From contig JALAGF010002173.1 in NCBI GenBank assembly GCA_030167865.1, positions 1 to 58,206 of the forward strand: a DNA stretch of 58,206 bases. The letters run 5' to 3'. The notes under the pieces were generated by a model that had not been told where the DNA came from, did not search any database, and worked only from the letters and a program-made list of their open reading frames with translations. A program made the position numbers and the translations under genes. Positions 57,297-58,206 of the stretch are shown here, in pieces (the stretch's first letter is position 1; each line of letters opens with the position of its first letter). This stretch comes from Craspedostauros australis. Lineage: Eukaryota.

Positions 57297-58206
57297 ATTC
57301 TCTCAGAAATCGTCGATTGCAAATTTCCTCCAGAAATTCTGCTCATTTTCGTGTGTTCCATTTCCACTGTAATTCTGACGAAGCACAGCATACTATTGAC
57401 ACGAATGTAGTTATACCGTCCAAGTGCGCATGAGAGAATAACGGGTGAACGATGCACATATACATGTACATCTCGACAAATACTCACATGTACATCTCGA
57501 AAAACCCAAGCGCATGCTCCAACAACTAAGCACGAAGCATGGTCTGGCCATGACACGCGCGCGCATGTACAAGCCACGGCGCCGGTATCTGCCCCCCAAG
57601 CCCTACGCGCTGCTGCCAATCCTCAGTTGTTGAGAGGACGGCGAGGCACGCGAATCAACGGACCAACCACTTGGGTCGGCCTGTGCCCGAAGATTGTGTC
57701 ACGCTCACTTCCACACTCACACTCATACTCACATCCACAAACATCCCATCAATTGAAACGCCACACCATCGAACCAAAAGAAAACAACCAGAAAACGGGT
57801 CACTTCTAGACATAATTGACTGGTTGATACAGCCGACTCATACGACTCCAGGGCATCATCCGCAGGAAGAAGACGGGACACACAACGGGAATGCAAGCCA
57901 TGTGCATCACCCCGCAATGGAGACCCAAACTCAACGGTTATAACGGCCACACATGGGCCAATATCCTAAGTAAGGACAATTCGAACCATGTGCGACAACG
58001 GCCATTTGATGGCAATGCGGAGCTCACAAAATGATCGCCCGCGGCGACAAAATCGACACACAAACAAAAACTCAAAAACACGGAATGCGCTATCGATGAC
58101 ACCAATTGCAAACCCATCAGAGAAGATGCAATCGGATAGTGAAGCCGGACCAAGACCCGCTTCGAGCAAATGAGAAACGAAGGAGGTCGAACACGAGGAG
58201 ATTGAG

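Noticed and set aside
57462-57500. 15-bp direct repeat ACATGTACATCTCGA x2
   Set aside because: A simple local duplication with no associated structure.

Overview
Gene-dense eukaryotic nuclear DNA with GT-AG introns of about 190-480 nt. The bipartite signal+F/W plastid-targeting presequences and overall gene style point to a diatom (inference; species not determinable). I built 13 protein-coding gene models by hand, and every spliced model sums to a whole number of codons. In order they are: RNA polymerase I largest subunit (RPA1, 7 exons); a head-to-head pair of PAS-like-domain genes; a TM-PXA-RUN-like-PX-PXC sorting nexin; mitochondrial uL4; a coiled-coil unknown; a plastid-targeted two-repeat membrane protein; plastid MetAP1; a secreted CBM/B-lectin/GH99-like glycosidase; organellar CysRS; an Rv2258c-like methyltransferase; a 3,394-aa XMAP215/ch-TOG; and a low-complexity unknown. 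The window ends in an AT-richer, possibly transposon-derived stretch with a 67-nt assembly gap. The items most worth follow-up are: (1) the XMAP215 carries a roughly 900-aa N-terminal array of seven conserved repeats ahead of TOG1; (2) the divergent PAS-like pair shares an intron position, and one copy has a 34-nt microexon and His-rich loops; (3) a box C/D snoRNA in RPA1 intron 2 with a guide matching the conserved 18S Gm1271/Gm1328 site; (4) a RUN-like domain where animal SNX13/14/25 have RGS; (5) a Tudor-like insert in RPA1; (6) the mannose-focused CBM-lectin-GH99 fusion. No database searches were run, so novelty claims are hypotheses.
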